The translations under genes and the position numbers were made by a program. Below the pieces are notes generated by a model. It was not told the origin of the DNA and did not search any database. It was given only the letters and a program-made list of their open reading frames with translations. DNA of 64,000 nucleotides from Octopus vulgaris. Lineage: Eukaryota. The stretch covers positions 33,170,001-33,234,000 of the forward strand of contig OX597838.1 of assembly GCA_951406725.2 (NCBI GenBank), written 5' to 3'. Shown in pieces: positions 63,830 to 64,000 of the stretch; within the stretch, counting starts at the first letter, position 1, and each line of letters starts with the position of its first letter.

Positions 63830-64000
63830 TATAAATTTCACCGGAGTATATTCAATACTGAATTTTTATTCCGAATAAGCACGTTGTTACCGAAATGCAA
63901 TTTGAAAAAGCCCGCCATTTACATAGATGTATAAGGGGTGAACAGTTCTATATGCTACGGTGGATACGATGGTTGTTCGTCTGGTATGTTGATTTTGTTC

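Overview
Eukaryotic, non-coding, extremely repeat-rich DNA (intronic or intergenic). The SINE families and the (TA)n/(CA)n/(GTA)n load look like an Octopus (coleoid cephalopod) genome; this assignment is inferred from recognised repeat families. No host protein-coding exon can be confidently called, and almost all ORF-track entries are microsatellite read-throughs. The window holds several tRNA-derived SINE families (some inserted as multimers with clear TSDs), mariner/Tc1/maT transposase remnants and MITEs, a Merlin-like MITE carrying TTAGGG repeats, and several minisatellites. The main unexplained signal is a dense population of about 20 intact, variant or decayed type I hammerhead ribozyme motifs (CUGANGA...GAAA...UH) from roughly 8 lineages. 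They sit mostly in short Penelope-like/retrozyme-like elements lodged in (TA)n or (CA)n tracts. They include a 399-bp unit bounded by direct repeats, a 224-bp tandem unit, four fold-back palindromes with outward-pointing ribozymes, and a four-copy family with a fixed A6U core substitution. A compact HSE array-TATA-Inr-splice donor promoter is present on the minus strand at about 15.55-15.76 kb. All folds were read by eye; none was computed or tested.
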